The notes beneath the pieces are model-generated. The model was given only the letters and a program-made list of their open reading frames with translations, did no database searches and was not told where the DNA came from. The position numbers and the translations under genes are program-made. Positions 44,554-53,640 of a stretch of DNA of 64,000 nt are shown piece by piece (positions within the stretch are counted from its first letter, which is position 1; each line of letters starts with the position of its first letter). The stretch comes from Nanobdellota archaeon (GTDB lineage: Archaea; Nanobdellota; Nanobdellia; Pacearchaeales; GW2011-AR1), in contig JANLHM010000010.1 in assembly GCA_024654565.1 (NCBI GenBank), positions 1,461-65,460 of the forward strand. The letters are read 5' to 3'.

Positions 44554-45167
44554 TTTAGATTTTTTTCGTAATATTTAATTAAATAATTTTTTAAAAATTT
44601 ATTGGGATATATTTTTGCATCTAAAAATTTCCAGTCATTCCCACACTTCTTCCACTCCCGATATTTAATAAATCCTTCTTTTTTTAAAATGTCATATTTT
44701 GACCCTAAGTAATTAATATCTTCTTTTAAATTTCGATTATCCCTACTAATTTTCTTAATTAATTTATTTAATGGAATTCCAGAAATTAATTTTGAAGAAT
44801 TAATCAAACTGTTTACAACAGGTTCTAATTCATGCTTGAATTGTTCCCTGTTACCAAAAGCTGAATGATTTTCTTCTGTATAAACAATAAAATGGATTAA
44901 TGCTTTGGTTTTAAATTTCAAAGGACCCCTAAAAAAGGAATAAGTAATGTTTCTTTTTTTATGAATAAATTTTTTAGAGATTTCATCAAGACTATCAAAA
45001 AAATTATTTTTATTTGTTCCTCGAACAATAAAAAATAAGTCTAAATCTGAACCGGGAATAAGTTCTTTTGGTATTGAACCTGCAGTAAAAAAGCTTAGAA
45101 AGTTTTTCTCATTGAGATTTGTCTTTAAATATTTAATAACCTCCTCAGAAGAAGTGTATCTATTCAT
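44550..45167 (-). CDS. Nucleotidyltransferase-domain protein (Pol-beta superfamily), paralog A
   Basis: NTase signature GS-x9-S-DLDL (TAGSIPKELIPGSDLDLFFIV). The C-terminal half looks alpha-helical. Confidence 0.6.
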   Translation of the reverse strand: MNRYTSSEEVIKYLKTNLNEKNFLSFFTAGSIPKELIPGSDLDLFFIVRGTNKNNFFDSLDEISKKFIHKKRNITYSFFRGPLKFKTKALIHFIVYTEENHSAFGNREQFKHELEPVVNSLINSSKLISGIPLNKLIKKISRDNRNLKEDINYLGSKYDILKKEGFIKYREWKKCGNDWKFLDAKIYPNKFLKNYLIKYYEKNLK

Positions 45168-45226
45168 CCTCTCTCCTTCACAGGAATCTTTGTCATAATA
45201 GGAAGAATAAAACCAATTTTATAAAT

Positions 45227-46513
45227 TTAAGGATTAAGTCTCGTTGGAGTCCTCGGAAAAGGAATCGAATCTTTTATTGTATCAAACCCGCAAATCCATG
45301 CAGCAAATCTTTCAACACCAAGACCAAATCCCGCATGAGGAACACTTCCATATCTTCTTGAATCTAAATACCAATCCGACATCCCTAAATCCACGCCTGC
45401 TTTTTTTAATCTTTCAGTTATTTTCTTTAAATCAGGTTCTCTTTGTGAACCGTCCACCATCTCCCCAACTCCTGGAGCAAGCAAATTAAAATTTGTTCCA
45501 GTCCCGGGGTTTTTCGAGTCTTCTCCGTGATAAAACTTAAGTAAAGACAACGGATAATTTGTCACAAACACAAATTCATCTCCATAATACTTTGCAAGTC
45601 CTCTTTCTTCTGCGGATTTAAAATCGTCACCATATTTTAAATTGTGCCCATTTTTATTCAAAGTGTCAATAGCTTCCTTGTAAGTTACTCTTTTGAAAGG
45701 GGTTTTTATTTTTTCTAATTTTGAAATGTCTGCCTCTAAAACCTCTAGTTCTGACCTATTTTCTTCTAGAACTTTTTTAATCACGTGAGCAATACATTCT
45801 TCGGCAACAACCATATCATCATTTAAATCCATCCAAGCTCCCTCAACTTCAAAATGCCAAAATTCTGTAACATGCCACGGAGTCTTTGATTTTTCTGCTC
45901 TAAAAGAAGGAGCGATTGCATATGCTTTTTCTACTGCGCTAATAAAATTTTCAGCATAAAACTGCCAAGACTGGGTCAAGTAAGCTTTCCTATCAAAATA
46001 TTTTACTTCAAAAGTTTCAGAACCCCCCTCGCTCGTTGCACCGCTTAATGAAGGAGCCTGTATTTCAGTAAACCCTTTCTTGTGCATATATTCATGCAAA
46101 GCAAAAAGTATTGTCGAACGTATTTTCATGCTCGCTGTCATTTTTCTACTTCTAAGCCACAAGTGCCTTCTATCTCCAAGTAATTCTTCATTTAAGTCTT
46201 TGTTAATCGGAAAATCTTCTGCAATTTGAATTATATTAATTTTTGAAACTTTAATTTCAAATCCTGTTGGTGCCCTTTTATCCTCTTTAATTTCTCCTTC
46301 AATTTCAAGGGAACTTTCAATTTTTATTTTATCAATTTCTCCCCACTGTTTTTCAAAACTTTTCTTTTCAAGAACACACTGGATTATGTTTGTGCTATCT
46401 CTTAGAACAATAAATTTCATAACATTGCTTCCTCTTTCCCTGTGAACCCATCCCCTAACTGCAACTTTTCCTTTTCCTTTTTTGATTGCTTCTTTTATTG
46501 ATATGAATTTCAT
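45227..46513 (-). CDS. asnS: Asparaginyl-tRNA synthetase (class IIb)
   Basis: OB N-domain, motif 2 FRAEKSKTPWHVTEFWHFEVE, motif 3 GFGLGVERF, and the AsnRS-type C-terminal end IPFPRTPTR. Confidence 0.8.
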   Translation of the reverse strand: MKFISIKEAIKKGKGKVAVRGWVHRERGSNVMKFIVLRDSTNIIQCVLEKKSFEKQWGEIDKIKIESSLEIEGEIKEDKRAPTGFEIKVSKINIIQIAEDFPINKDLNEELLGDRRHLWLRSRKMTASMKIRSTILFALHEYMHKKGFTEIQAPSLSGATSEGGSETFEVKYFDRKAYLTQSWQFYAENFISAVEKAYAIAPSFRAEKSKTPWHVTEFWHFEVEGAWMDLNDDMVVAEECIAHVIKKVLEENRSELEVLEADISKLEKIKTPFKRVTYKEAIDTLNKNGHNLKYGDDFKSAEERGLAKYYGDEFVFVTNYPLSLLKFYHGEDSKNPGTGTNFNLLAPGVGEMVDGSQREPDLKKITERLKKAGVDLGMSDWYLDSRRYGSVPHAGFGLGVERFAAWICGFDTIKDSIPFPRTPTRLNP

Positions 46514-47181
46514 TTTTTGTTCTCTAAGCTATCTATTATGTCACAAAGCTTATAAAAATATTTCTTTACTTGTTTTTTATCTTTTGCGTATGGGGGATTC
46601 AAACCAAGTCTCTTCCGATATAAAAAATCAAATAGGGAATTCATCAATTTCAAAATTAAATTGTCAGAAATTTGTGAATTAATAACATCCCCGTGGTACA
46701 TATACAAAAAAAGAGAGTCTCCATATCTTCTTTTAAGAAAATTTTTGTCTCTTAAAAGTTCCTTCTCTCCCTTCAGAAGGGAATATTCTTTAAATAACAA
46801 ATCTTCAACTTTATCTTCATAAAACATAGCCCATTTCCAATCATTTTCAATTTGTGGAAAAGAGGTATAAACCATAAAATCAAAAAATAAATCCTTTTTT
46901 CCAAAGTTAGCAAGATTTTTTAATGTTTTTTCATCTCCGGAAATAAAAACGGCTCTCCCGCCATACTTTTTATGAATGTATTTATCAATGTTCCAAAAAA
47001 GATTATGAACCTCCTTGTAAAATGCGGAAGATTTTGATTTGGGTTCTTTTGTTATAATCAAATCAACATCGTGCTCAACATTGCATGACCCAATAGTTCC
47101 AAAAGTCATTATGTGTTTTGTTTTTTTAAGTTCATTAATTAAAAAAAATTTTATTTCTTCCCATGTATACGGTTTAACCAT
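46510..47181 (-). CDS. Nucleotidyltransferase-domain protein (Pol-beta superfamily), paralog B
   Basis: GS-x5-H-DVDL (TIGSCNVEHDVDLIIT). It shares PYTxEEI, IHKK and F(I/M)VYT blocks with paralog A. Confidence 0.6.
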   Translation of the reverse strand: MVKPYTWEEIKFFLINELKKTKHIMTFGTIGSCNVEHDVDLIITKEPKSKSSAFYKEVHNLFWNIDKYIHKKYGGRAVFISGDEKTLKNLANFGKKDLFFDFMVYTSFPQIENDWKWAMFYEDKVEDLLFKEYSLLKGEKELLRDKNFLKRRYGDSLFLYMYHGDVINSQISDNLILKLMNSLFDFLYRKRLGLNPPYAKDKKQVKKYFYKLCDIIDSLENKK

Positions 47182-47182
47182 C

Positions 47183-48478
47183 TTATGGTGTAACCCTCCC
47201 AGTATCCCTTGTTAGTAAAAGACTCTCACGAATATTTTCAAGATTAAGCATTCTCTGAACAATTCTGTCCAATCCAAGTCCAACTCCTCCATGAGGAATA
47301 ACCCCATACTTAAAAACATCCTCATAAATTGGAGGAATTTTAATTCCTTTTTCTTTGGCCTGCTTTTGTAAAAGATTAAGTCTGTGCTCTCTTTGAGCCC
47401 CAGTTGCAACTTCAACCCCCCTCCAAAGTAAATCAAAACTTCTTGTTTCTTTTTGATTGTCATCCGGACGCATGTGGTAAAATGGCCTGACTTTAACTGG
47501 GTAACAAGTTACAAAAACAAATTCTTCTCCATATTTCTCTAAGATGTAATCCCCAATCATCTTTTCAGCTTCTGAATCTAAATCATCTTCTTCGCTCAAT
47601 TTCTTCCCCTTCTTTAAAAGAATCTTCTTTAATTCATTCATTGGAATTCTTGGAATTTTTTTGGGAACTTTTAATTCGATGTTTAATAATTTTAACTCTT
47701 CTCCCCTTTCTTCCTTGACATCTTCTATTAAGCGTTTAAACATCTTTTCTACAACATCCATAACATCATTCTCATCTTTTATGAACCCCATTTCAAAATC
47801 AATTCCTGTAAATTCTGTAAGGTGTCTTGTGGTGTTAGACTTTTCTGCTCTGTAAACTTGTCCAATCTCCATAACCCTTTCAAACCCTCCATTTGCAAAC
47901 ATCTGTTTATAGAACTGTGGGGATTGAGCTAAAACTGCCTTCTTTTTAAAATAATCAACAACGAAAGATTCGGCCCCCGATTCAAGGCCAATTGTTGTTA
48001 TTTTGGGAGTATTTATTATTACAAACTGCTCTTCATCAAAAAAATCAACTACACTCTTGTATATGCCCGACCTTATCTTGAAAATAGCAGAAACATTTTC
48101 TTTCCTTGTATCTAAAAATCTGTAATCAAGTCTATTTTGAAATTCGGTCGTTGTCATTTTTTCATTGACGTGAATTGGTAACTGCTCTGCTTTAGAAATA
48201 ATCTCTAAACTTTTTACATCAATTTCAACGTCTTTTCTTGCATAATCTGCTTTTACCTTTGCTTCTTTTACTATTCCTTTTATTTCAATTGCACTTTCCA
48301 AACTCAATTCAGAAATCTTTTCAACCAAATTATCATGAACAACACACTGAACAATTCCTGTCCTGTCCCTTAAAAGAATAAAACTAAGTTTTGCGAGGTT
48401 TCTTATTTCATATACCCCCCCTTTGAGTAAAACTTCCTTCCCTGCCTTAATGTCCTTAATAAGATTTCTTTCCATCAT
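47183..48478 (-). CDS. aspS: Aspartyl-tRNA synthetase (archaeal type, class IIb)
   Basis: AQSPQFYKQ, motif 2 YRAEKSNTTRHLTEFTGIDFEM, and motif 3 GGVGLGLDR. Confidence 0.88.
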   Translation of the reverse strand: MMERNLIKDIKAGKEVLLKGGVYEIRNLAKLSFILLRDRTGIVQCVVHDNLVEKISELSLESAIEIKGIVKEAKVKADYARKDVEIDVKSLEIISKAEQLPIHVNEKMTTTEFQNRLDYRFLDTRKENVSAIFKIRSGIYKSVVDFFDEEQFVIINTPKITTIGLESGAESFVVDYFKKKAVLAQSPQFYKQMFANGGFERVMEIGQVYRAEKSNTTRHLTEFTGIDFEMGFIKDENDVMDVVEKMFKRLIEDVKEERGEELKLLNIELKVPKKIPRIPMNELKKILLKKGKKLSEEDDLDSEAEKMIGDYILEKYGEEFVFVTCYPVKVRPFYHMRPDDNQKETRSFDLLWRGVEVATGAQREHRLNLLQKQAKEKGIKIPPIYEDVFKYGVIPHGGVGLGLDRIVQRMLNLENIRESLLLTRDTGRVTP

Positions 48479-48522
48479 AACCTCAACATAAATATATTTT
48501 TAATGTTTTCTGTTACAGAAAA

Positions 48523-49965
48523 TTATTTCAAAAACTTGTTTATCACTTTCATGGCGTCTTCCCCAGAAATTTTGCCTTTAAATTCTTTCATAACGAGTCC
48601 CATATAAGCATTTGCAGAAAGTCCTGACTTTTCTTTTATAATTTTCATTATTTTTTCTTCTAAGTCCAAAAAGTCTTCCTTTTCAAGTTTTATTGCTTCT
48701 TTTGCAGAAACTCCTGAAACTATTTTTTCCATTACATGTTTTAAGTCCCTTTCCTGAATTTTCTCTTTGTAAACAGATTCAAGAAGGAATAAAAGAACAT
48801 CATGAGAAAGAATTTCTTCAATTTCTTCAAGAGATTTTTTTTCTTTTTTTGCAATTTCTTTAGGAAATAAAAGAAGAACTTTGGAAATTAATTTTGGATT
48901 TCCGTTTATTTCATATAGCTCTTTATATTTCTCAAGTTTGTTGCTTTTTAGTATTAATTTTATCATCTCACCGTCTAACCCGTCTTTTCTCAACTCTTCT
49001 TCAATTTCTTCTTTAAGTTTTGGAAGGTTTTTTTTAACTTGATTTATTAATTCTCTTGAAATATGTAGAACAGGTAAATCTGTTTCAGGGTACATTCTTG
49101 CTGAACCGGGAATTGGTCTCAAAAATTCAGTTGTGCCATCAGGAAGGCAATTCCTTACTTCGCTTGGGTTTTTTTCTTTCCTGTCTAAAAAACTTTTTTG
49201 ACGAAGAACTTCATTCTCAACACACTTCTCCATAATTTTTGGATCCTGAAAACCCTTTATCTCAACCCTGTTACTCCCTTTAATAGAAATGTTCAAATCT
49301 TGTCGGATTGTGCCAATTCCTCTTCTCACCCGGGTACTTCTTAAAATTTCCCCTATCTTTAGAGCAGCTTCCTTAACTTGAACAGACGACTTTAAATCAG
49401 GGTCGGTTGAAATCTCAACTAACGGAATTCCTAATCTGTCAAGCCTGTAAATTGTTGAGTCACTATTTCTTTCAATTGGTCTAGCTGAATCTTCTTCAAG
49501 GTAAATTGAATTTATTCCAACTTTTCCCCCACTTGTTTCAATGTAACCACCTCTTGCAATCAAAACTGTTCTTTGAAATCCAGAAGTGTTTGAACCGTTT
49601 ACAATAGTTTTCCTCATAATCTGGGTCATAGGAAAAACTTTACAATTCAAAAGAAGAGCTATTTCTAACGTTGTGTTCAAAGCCTCCAAGTTTAATTTGT
49701 GAGGTGGCTCTTCATCAAGTTCAACAAGACACGTCGTGTCATAAGTCTGATAAGAGAATTCCTTTTTTTCGTCACTTTGAAACTTTGCCGCGACATCAAC
49801 TTCTCCTGATTCGCCTGCAACAGCATGAATCCTTCTTTTGACAACAGCTAAAGGTAAGTCATTTCTAAGAACAGATGGACATTCACAAAAAAGTTTATGT
49901 GTATCAAGTTGTTGATGAATTTCAAGACCTGCCTTAAAACCTATTTCTTTGTAATTAATTTCCAT
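48523..49965 (-). CDS. gatE: Glutamyl-tRNA(Gln) amidotransferase subunit E (short form)
   Basis: GLEIHQQLDTHKLFCEC, CLVELDEEPPH, VNGSNTSGFQRT and RLGIPLVEIST are GatE-type rather than GatB-type motifs. There is a C-terminal YqeY-like helical domain. Only 480 aa. Confidence 0.8.
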   Translation of the reverse strand: MEINYKEIGFKAGLEIHQQLDTHKLFCECPSVLRNDLPLAVVKRRIHAVAGESGEVDVAAKFQSDEKKEFSYQTYDTTCLVELDEEPPHKLNLEALNTTLEIALLLNCKVFPMTQIMRKTIVNGSNTSGFQRTVLIARGGYIETSGGKVGINSIYLEEDSARPIERNSDSTIYRLDRLGIPLVEISTDPDLKSSVQVKEAALKIGEILRSTRVRRGIGTIRQDLNISIKGSNRVEIKGFQDPKIMEKCVENEVLRQKSFLDRKEKNPSEVRNCLPDGTTEFLRPIPGSARMYPETDLPVLHISRELINQVKKNLPKLKEEIEEELRKDGLDGEMIKLILKSNKLEKYKELYEINGNPKLISKVLLLFPKEIAKKEKKSLEEIEEILSHDVLLFLLESVYKEKIQERDLKHVMEKIVSGVSAKEAIKLEKEDFLDLEEKIMKIIKEKSGLSANAYMGLVMKEFKGKISGEDAMKVINKFLK

Positions 49966-50052
49966 CTATAAAAAAGAAAATAATTCTTTATTAATTTGGC
50001 GGTTTAAAGAACTATCAAAAACATTTATAACCAAAAAATCCATAATTAAAGG

Positions 50053-50454
50053 ATGTTTAAAAAAGAGGAAGATCATTTCAAAAAGAGTATTGTTGTAACT
50101 CACCCGGCTTCACTCCCAACAACTAAGGGAGAAAGGGCGGCAGATAAACTTACAAAAGTTGCAGGAAGTTGGGGTTTTATTGGAATATTCGCAATTTTCC
50201 TAATCCTCTGGATGATTACAAATGTTATATGGTTAGCACATCGCTCATGGGACCCTTATCCCTTCATACTTTTGAACTTAGTTTTGTCTTGCATTGCGGC
50301 AATTCAAGCTCCAATAATCCTTATGAGTCAAAACAGATCAAATGAAAGAGATAGACAAAGAGCTGAATATGATTATGCAGTTAACAGAAAGTCAGAGAGA
50401 GGAATTGAAGAAATAAAAAAACTCTTGGAAAAAATTGAGAAAAAAAGAAAATAA
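50053..50454 (+). CDS. DUF1003-family membrane protein
   Basis: Two TM helices with WDPYPFILLNLVLSCIAAIQAPIILMSQNR, then a coiled tail. Family name is from memory. Confidence 0.65.
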   Translation: MFKKEEDHFKKSIVVTHPASLPTTKGERAADKLTKVAGSWGFIGIFAIFLILWMITNVIWLAHRSWDPYPFILLNLVLSCIAAIQAPIILMSQNRSNERDRQRAEYDYAVNRKSERGIEEIKKLLEKIEKKRK

Positions 50455-50485
50455 CTTTTTATTTAAAAATTCTAGAAATAAAAAT

Positions 50486-50953
50486 CTAAATAAAAGCCAA
50501 GTCAATCAGACTAGGGTTTTTTGGAGCAAGAAACATTTTTTTTAAATCTTCATAGGGAATATCTTTAGACCCATCAAGTCGCACGTTCAAAGCAAAAGAT
50601 GGTTTTTTATTTTTGTAATCATACAAAAGAACTACAGAATAACCCTTAACCTCATAACCAAGGCTGTTGATTATTTCAATGTGTTCAAGCTCATGCAAAA
50701 CTCCTTTATTAATGTCTTCTTTCGGAAAATAATTAAGTCCCTGAAGAAATAAACTTGCTTCATCTATTTTATCAAAAGTATAAAAATCTCTAGGAAAAAA
50801 ATATTTTTGATATAATGAGTAAACTCGTTCAACAACTTCTTTTATTTCTTTCTTACCCTCTCCTCTTTTCATCATTGACGAAAAATTAATTGTAATAGCC
50901 TCCCGATACTTAACATATTCTTCAAGACTAGTTTTTGGAAATTTTGATTCCAT
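50486..50953 (-). CDS. Hypothetical protein with an HExxH motif (possible small metallopeptidase)
   Basis: LHELEHIEI contains H-E-L-E-H. The gene ends 2 nt from the gatD stop side and starts downstream of gatD on the same strand. Confidence 0.35.
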   Translation of the reverse strand: MESKFPKTSLEEYVKYREAITINFSSMMKRGEGKKEIKEVVERVYSLYQKYFFPRDFYTFDKIDEASLFLQGLNYFPKEDINKGVLHELEHIEIINSLGYEVKGYSVVLLYDYKNKKPSFALNVRLDGSKDIPYEDLKKMFLAPKNPSLIDLAFI

Positions 50954-50955
50954 CT

Positions 50956-52230
50956 TTAATCGACCAGCCTTTTATTAATTTCACCTGCAAAGTTTTCAAG
51001 CATTTTGTCTGCAACTTTATCTCTTGAAGTCGACCACTCTTTGTGACCAAGAACCCACCCAAGTTTAACATATGCGGTTTCAGCAAGCATGTCTTCAAGA
51101 TAAATTATTCCTGTTTCAAGGAGTTCTCTTCCATTTGAATAAACAAGGGGGTCAAGCCTTCCATATATAGTCTGAGGAGCAGCACAAACAATAAGTCCTT
51201 TTTTTTGAACTTCCGTCAATTTTTTTGTCCAACCCATTCTTGCTCTTTCTGTCGGGGCGTGACCAAGTCCTGAAAGTTCAAGAACAATTCCTTTGTACCC
51301 TTCCTTGTAATAATAATCAAGGATATTCGGATTTTGCCCTGGATAGACTTTAACAAGAGCAACTTTTTCTTCAAACTTTGAGTCAAGAATAACTTTATTT
51401 TTATTTCTTAAATTGTATTCAGATAACTTTTCTATTTTTTCAGGAAAAACTTTAGCAATAGGAAGAGAATTAACAATTTTAAAAGCATCACGTTTTGAAG
51501 AATGCATTTTCCTTACTTTTGTTCCAGGCATTGCAAAGCAAAAGTCATCATTTGTCGTTGCATGTCCAACAAGCATAACTTGGGCAATGTCTGAAGTAGC
51601 AGCAAAAGCAGAACACACAAGGTTCAGGTTGGCGTCAGAACTCCCCCTGTCAACACTTCTCTGAGAATAAGTTAAAACTACTGGTTTATTTAAATTTCTT
51701 AAAAAAAATGAAAGTGCCGAGGACGTGTAATGCAAAAAATCTGTTCCATGAGTAATGACAACCCCTTCTATCTCAGGGTCATTAAGAAGTTGTGAAGAAA
51801 CTTTTGCAATCTTCTGCCAGTCTTTGTAATCCATGTCTTCAGAAGCTTTCATAAATGGAACTTCAATTTTTTTTATATTCACTTTTTCAAAAAGCTCAGG
51901 GTAAAATCTGAAAAGAGTACTTGGAGTAGTTAACCAATCAACTCCCCCCTTCTCAGGATTTAATCTTGCGGCAATAGTTCCTCCCGTAATAATCATCGCT
52001 ACATTTTTTTTGTCTTTTGAAAAAGGTGGGCTAAATTCTTTAGTCTTCTCATTTATTTTTTTAATCACTTTAATTTTCAAAACTTCCTTTTTATTGAATC
52101 CTATGTTATATCCATTTTCAAGTTTTAACAAGAAAGTTCCGGAGTCAGGACTCGGTAAAAGAATCCCTTCATAAATTTCCTTCCCCATCTCAACCTCGAC
52201 AAGATTTCCAAAGTTACTTTCAATTTCCAT
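50956..52230 (-). CDS. gatD: Glutamyl-tRNA(Gln) amidotransferase subunit D (asparaginase-like)
   Basis: ITGGTIAA, HGTDFLHYTSSALSF, and an N-terminal GatD-specific beta domain. Confidence 0.9.
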   Translation of the reverse strand: MEIESNFGNLVEVEMGKEIYEGILLPSPDSGTFLLKLENGYNIGFNKKEVLKIKVIKKINEKTKEFSPPFSKDKKNVAMIITGGTIAARLNPEKGGVDWLTTPSTLFRFYPELFEKVNIKKIEVPFMKASEDMDYKDWQKIAKVSSQLLNDPEIEGVVITHGTDFLHYTSSALSFFLRNLNKPVVLTYSQRSVDRGSSDANLNLVCSAFAATSDIAQVMLVGHATTNDDFCFAMPGTKVRKMHSSKRDAFKIVNSLPIAKVFPEKIEKLSEYNLRNKNKVILDSKFEEKVALVKVYPGQNPNILDYYYKEGYKGIVLELSGLGHAPTERARMGWTKKLTEVQKKGLIVCAAPQTIYGRLDPLVYSNGRELLETGIIYLEDMLAETAYVKLGWVLGHKEWSTSRDKVADKMLENFAGEINKRLVD

Positions 52231-52272
52231 ACATTAAATAAAACAACTCAAGAAGTTAAAAATATGTTGGTT

Positions 52273-53409
52273 TTAGATGGGGGTAAAAATACTCAAAACT
52301 TCTCTTACAATTCCAAGGGCAAAGATAAGAGAAACTACAATAATTAAGAGCCAACTTATTGGAACCGAATACTCTGGTTTCCTTTCTCCTTTAATTTTTG
52401 CCCCTTTAACTATAAAAAGTGCCAAAACTGCAATAAGACCTCCTGAAATAACTCCCCCAATTGAAAGTATTTTAGTAAATGAAAAAAAATCAAAAAAACT
52501 TAAAAAAACATAAATCAAAACAGGAACAATTGATGCGAAAATCCAAGATCTCTTTTTTTTCATACTACTGTCAACCTCAAAATTTTCAATTAGGGCATTA
52601 CCTAAAGACAAGTGTGAAGTGAACATGGTAAAAATTCCAAGAAGAACAAATATCGACCCAAGAGCAAAGGTTGCAATCTCAGGAGTCCTAATTCCACTAA
52701 ACCCCACTACAATAAAAGTAAAAAGGAGGTAAATTAAAACTGAAAAAATTGAACTCATAATTATCGCTTTTTTTAATAAAACCTTATCTTTTTTTAAAAT
52801 CATTGACGCAATTGGAACCGCTGAAGAAGAAATGAGAGCAAAAAGGATAACCCCAAAAGGAACTAAAACATTTGAGAAATTTATGTAATTTAAATTGGAA
52901 TAATTAATTTTGCCTATAAAAATAATAAATATTGATGAAAATAAAACCAGAACAGCAAGGACCCCAAGTTTCTCATATTTTTTCAGTGTTTTTGTTCCAT
53001 GCCACAACAAGAAGGACAAAAAGATTCCAAAAACAATTCCAAATATTAATGAAAAATTCATATTTCCAAAGATTAAATAACTAAAACTCTCACTCACCCC
53101 CGTAATATAAGCAACAATTGCAGAATACATCCCAAATATAAATGCAAAATTCATTAATTTTCCAGCTCTCCTTCCAACATACTTTTTAGCATATCCGGTT
53201 AGTTGATGAAACCTTTTTGTACGAAGAGTTGTTTCACCAAGGTAAAGGTTAACAAGTAAGAGGATTCCCCCAAAAAAAAGAATATACAAAACTGCAACAA
53301 TAAATCCAGACTTAGAAGCAACATAAGGAATTCCAAGGAATCCTGCACCAATACATGTTCCAATAAGAACAAAGCAAGCTGCAAAAAAATTTTTTCTTGA
53401 ATTTTCCAT
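52273..53409 (-). CDS. Amino acid permease (HAAAP/aromatic amino acid permease-like)
   Basis: About 11 TM helices. LIGTCIGAGFLGIPYV matches the GT-x-IGAG-x-L-x-(L/I)P signature of Tyr/Trp-type permeases. Confidence 0.7.
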   Translation of the reverse strand: MENSRKNFFAACFVLIGTCIGAGFLGIPYVASKSGFIVAVLYILFFGGILLLVNLYLGETTLRTKRFHQLTGYAKKYVGRRAGKLMNFAFIFGMYSAIVAYITGVSESFSYLIFGNMNFSLIFGIVFGIFLSFLLWHGTKTLKKYEKLGVLAVLVLFSSIFIIFIGKINYSNLNYINFSNVLVPFGVILFALISSSAVPIASMILKKDKVLLKKAIIMSSIFSVLIYLLFTFIVVGFSGIRTPEIATFALGSIFVLLGIFTMFTSHLSLGNALIENFEVDSSMKKKRSWIFASIVPVLIYVFLSFFDFFSFTKILSIGGVISGGLIAVLALFIVKGAKIKGERKPEYSVPISWLLIIVVSLIFALGIVREVLSIFTPI

Positions 53410-53427
53410 TTTTTACTTTCTCAAATT

Positions 53428-53499
53428 CGAGTCCACTAGGAATCGAACCTAGATCTTCGGGGCCGAAACCCGATATTCTATCCGTTGAACTATGGACCC
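53428..53499 (-). tRNA. tRNA-Arg (anticodon UCG)
   Basis: Hand-folded. Acceptor GGGTCCA/TGGACTC (one G-U). D arm GTTC/GAAT. Anticodon stem TCGGG/CCCGA with loop TTTCGGC. T arm CTAGG-TTCGATT-CCTAG. Discriminator G. Confidence 0.88.
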
Positions 53500-53510
53500 T
53501 TAACTTGTAT

Positions 53511-53598
53511 CTTAAGTATACCCTTAATTGGTAACCGATATTTATACCGATACTTATACCTTAACTATAACTTAACTATACCTTAACTATACCAATAA
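53511..53598. repeat. Degenerate 11-nt phased repeat array (consensus TATACCTTAAC), about 8 units
   Basis: Split into 11-mers from 53511: CTTAAGTATAC, CCTTAATTGGT, AACCGATATTT, ATACCGATACT, TATACCTTAAC, TATAACTTAAC, TATACCTTAAC, TATACCAATAA. CTTAACTATA occurs at 53560, 53571 and 53582. Confidence 0.7.
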
Positions 53599-53611
53599 GT
53601 GCAAGGTTAGA

Positions 53612-53619
53612 TTTAAATA
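53612..53619 (+). promoter_or_regulatory. TATA box (TTTAAATA) 21 nt upstream of the protease-gene ATG
   Basis: Consensus TATA element at leaderless spacing. Confidence 0.45.
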
Positions 53620-53640
53620 ATTTGAGATTTAAAAAGAATA

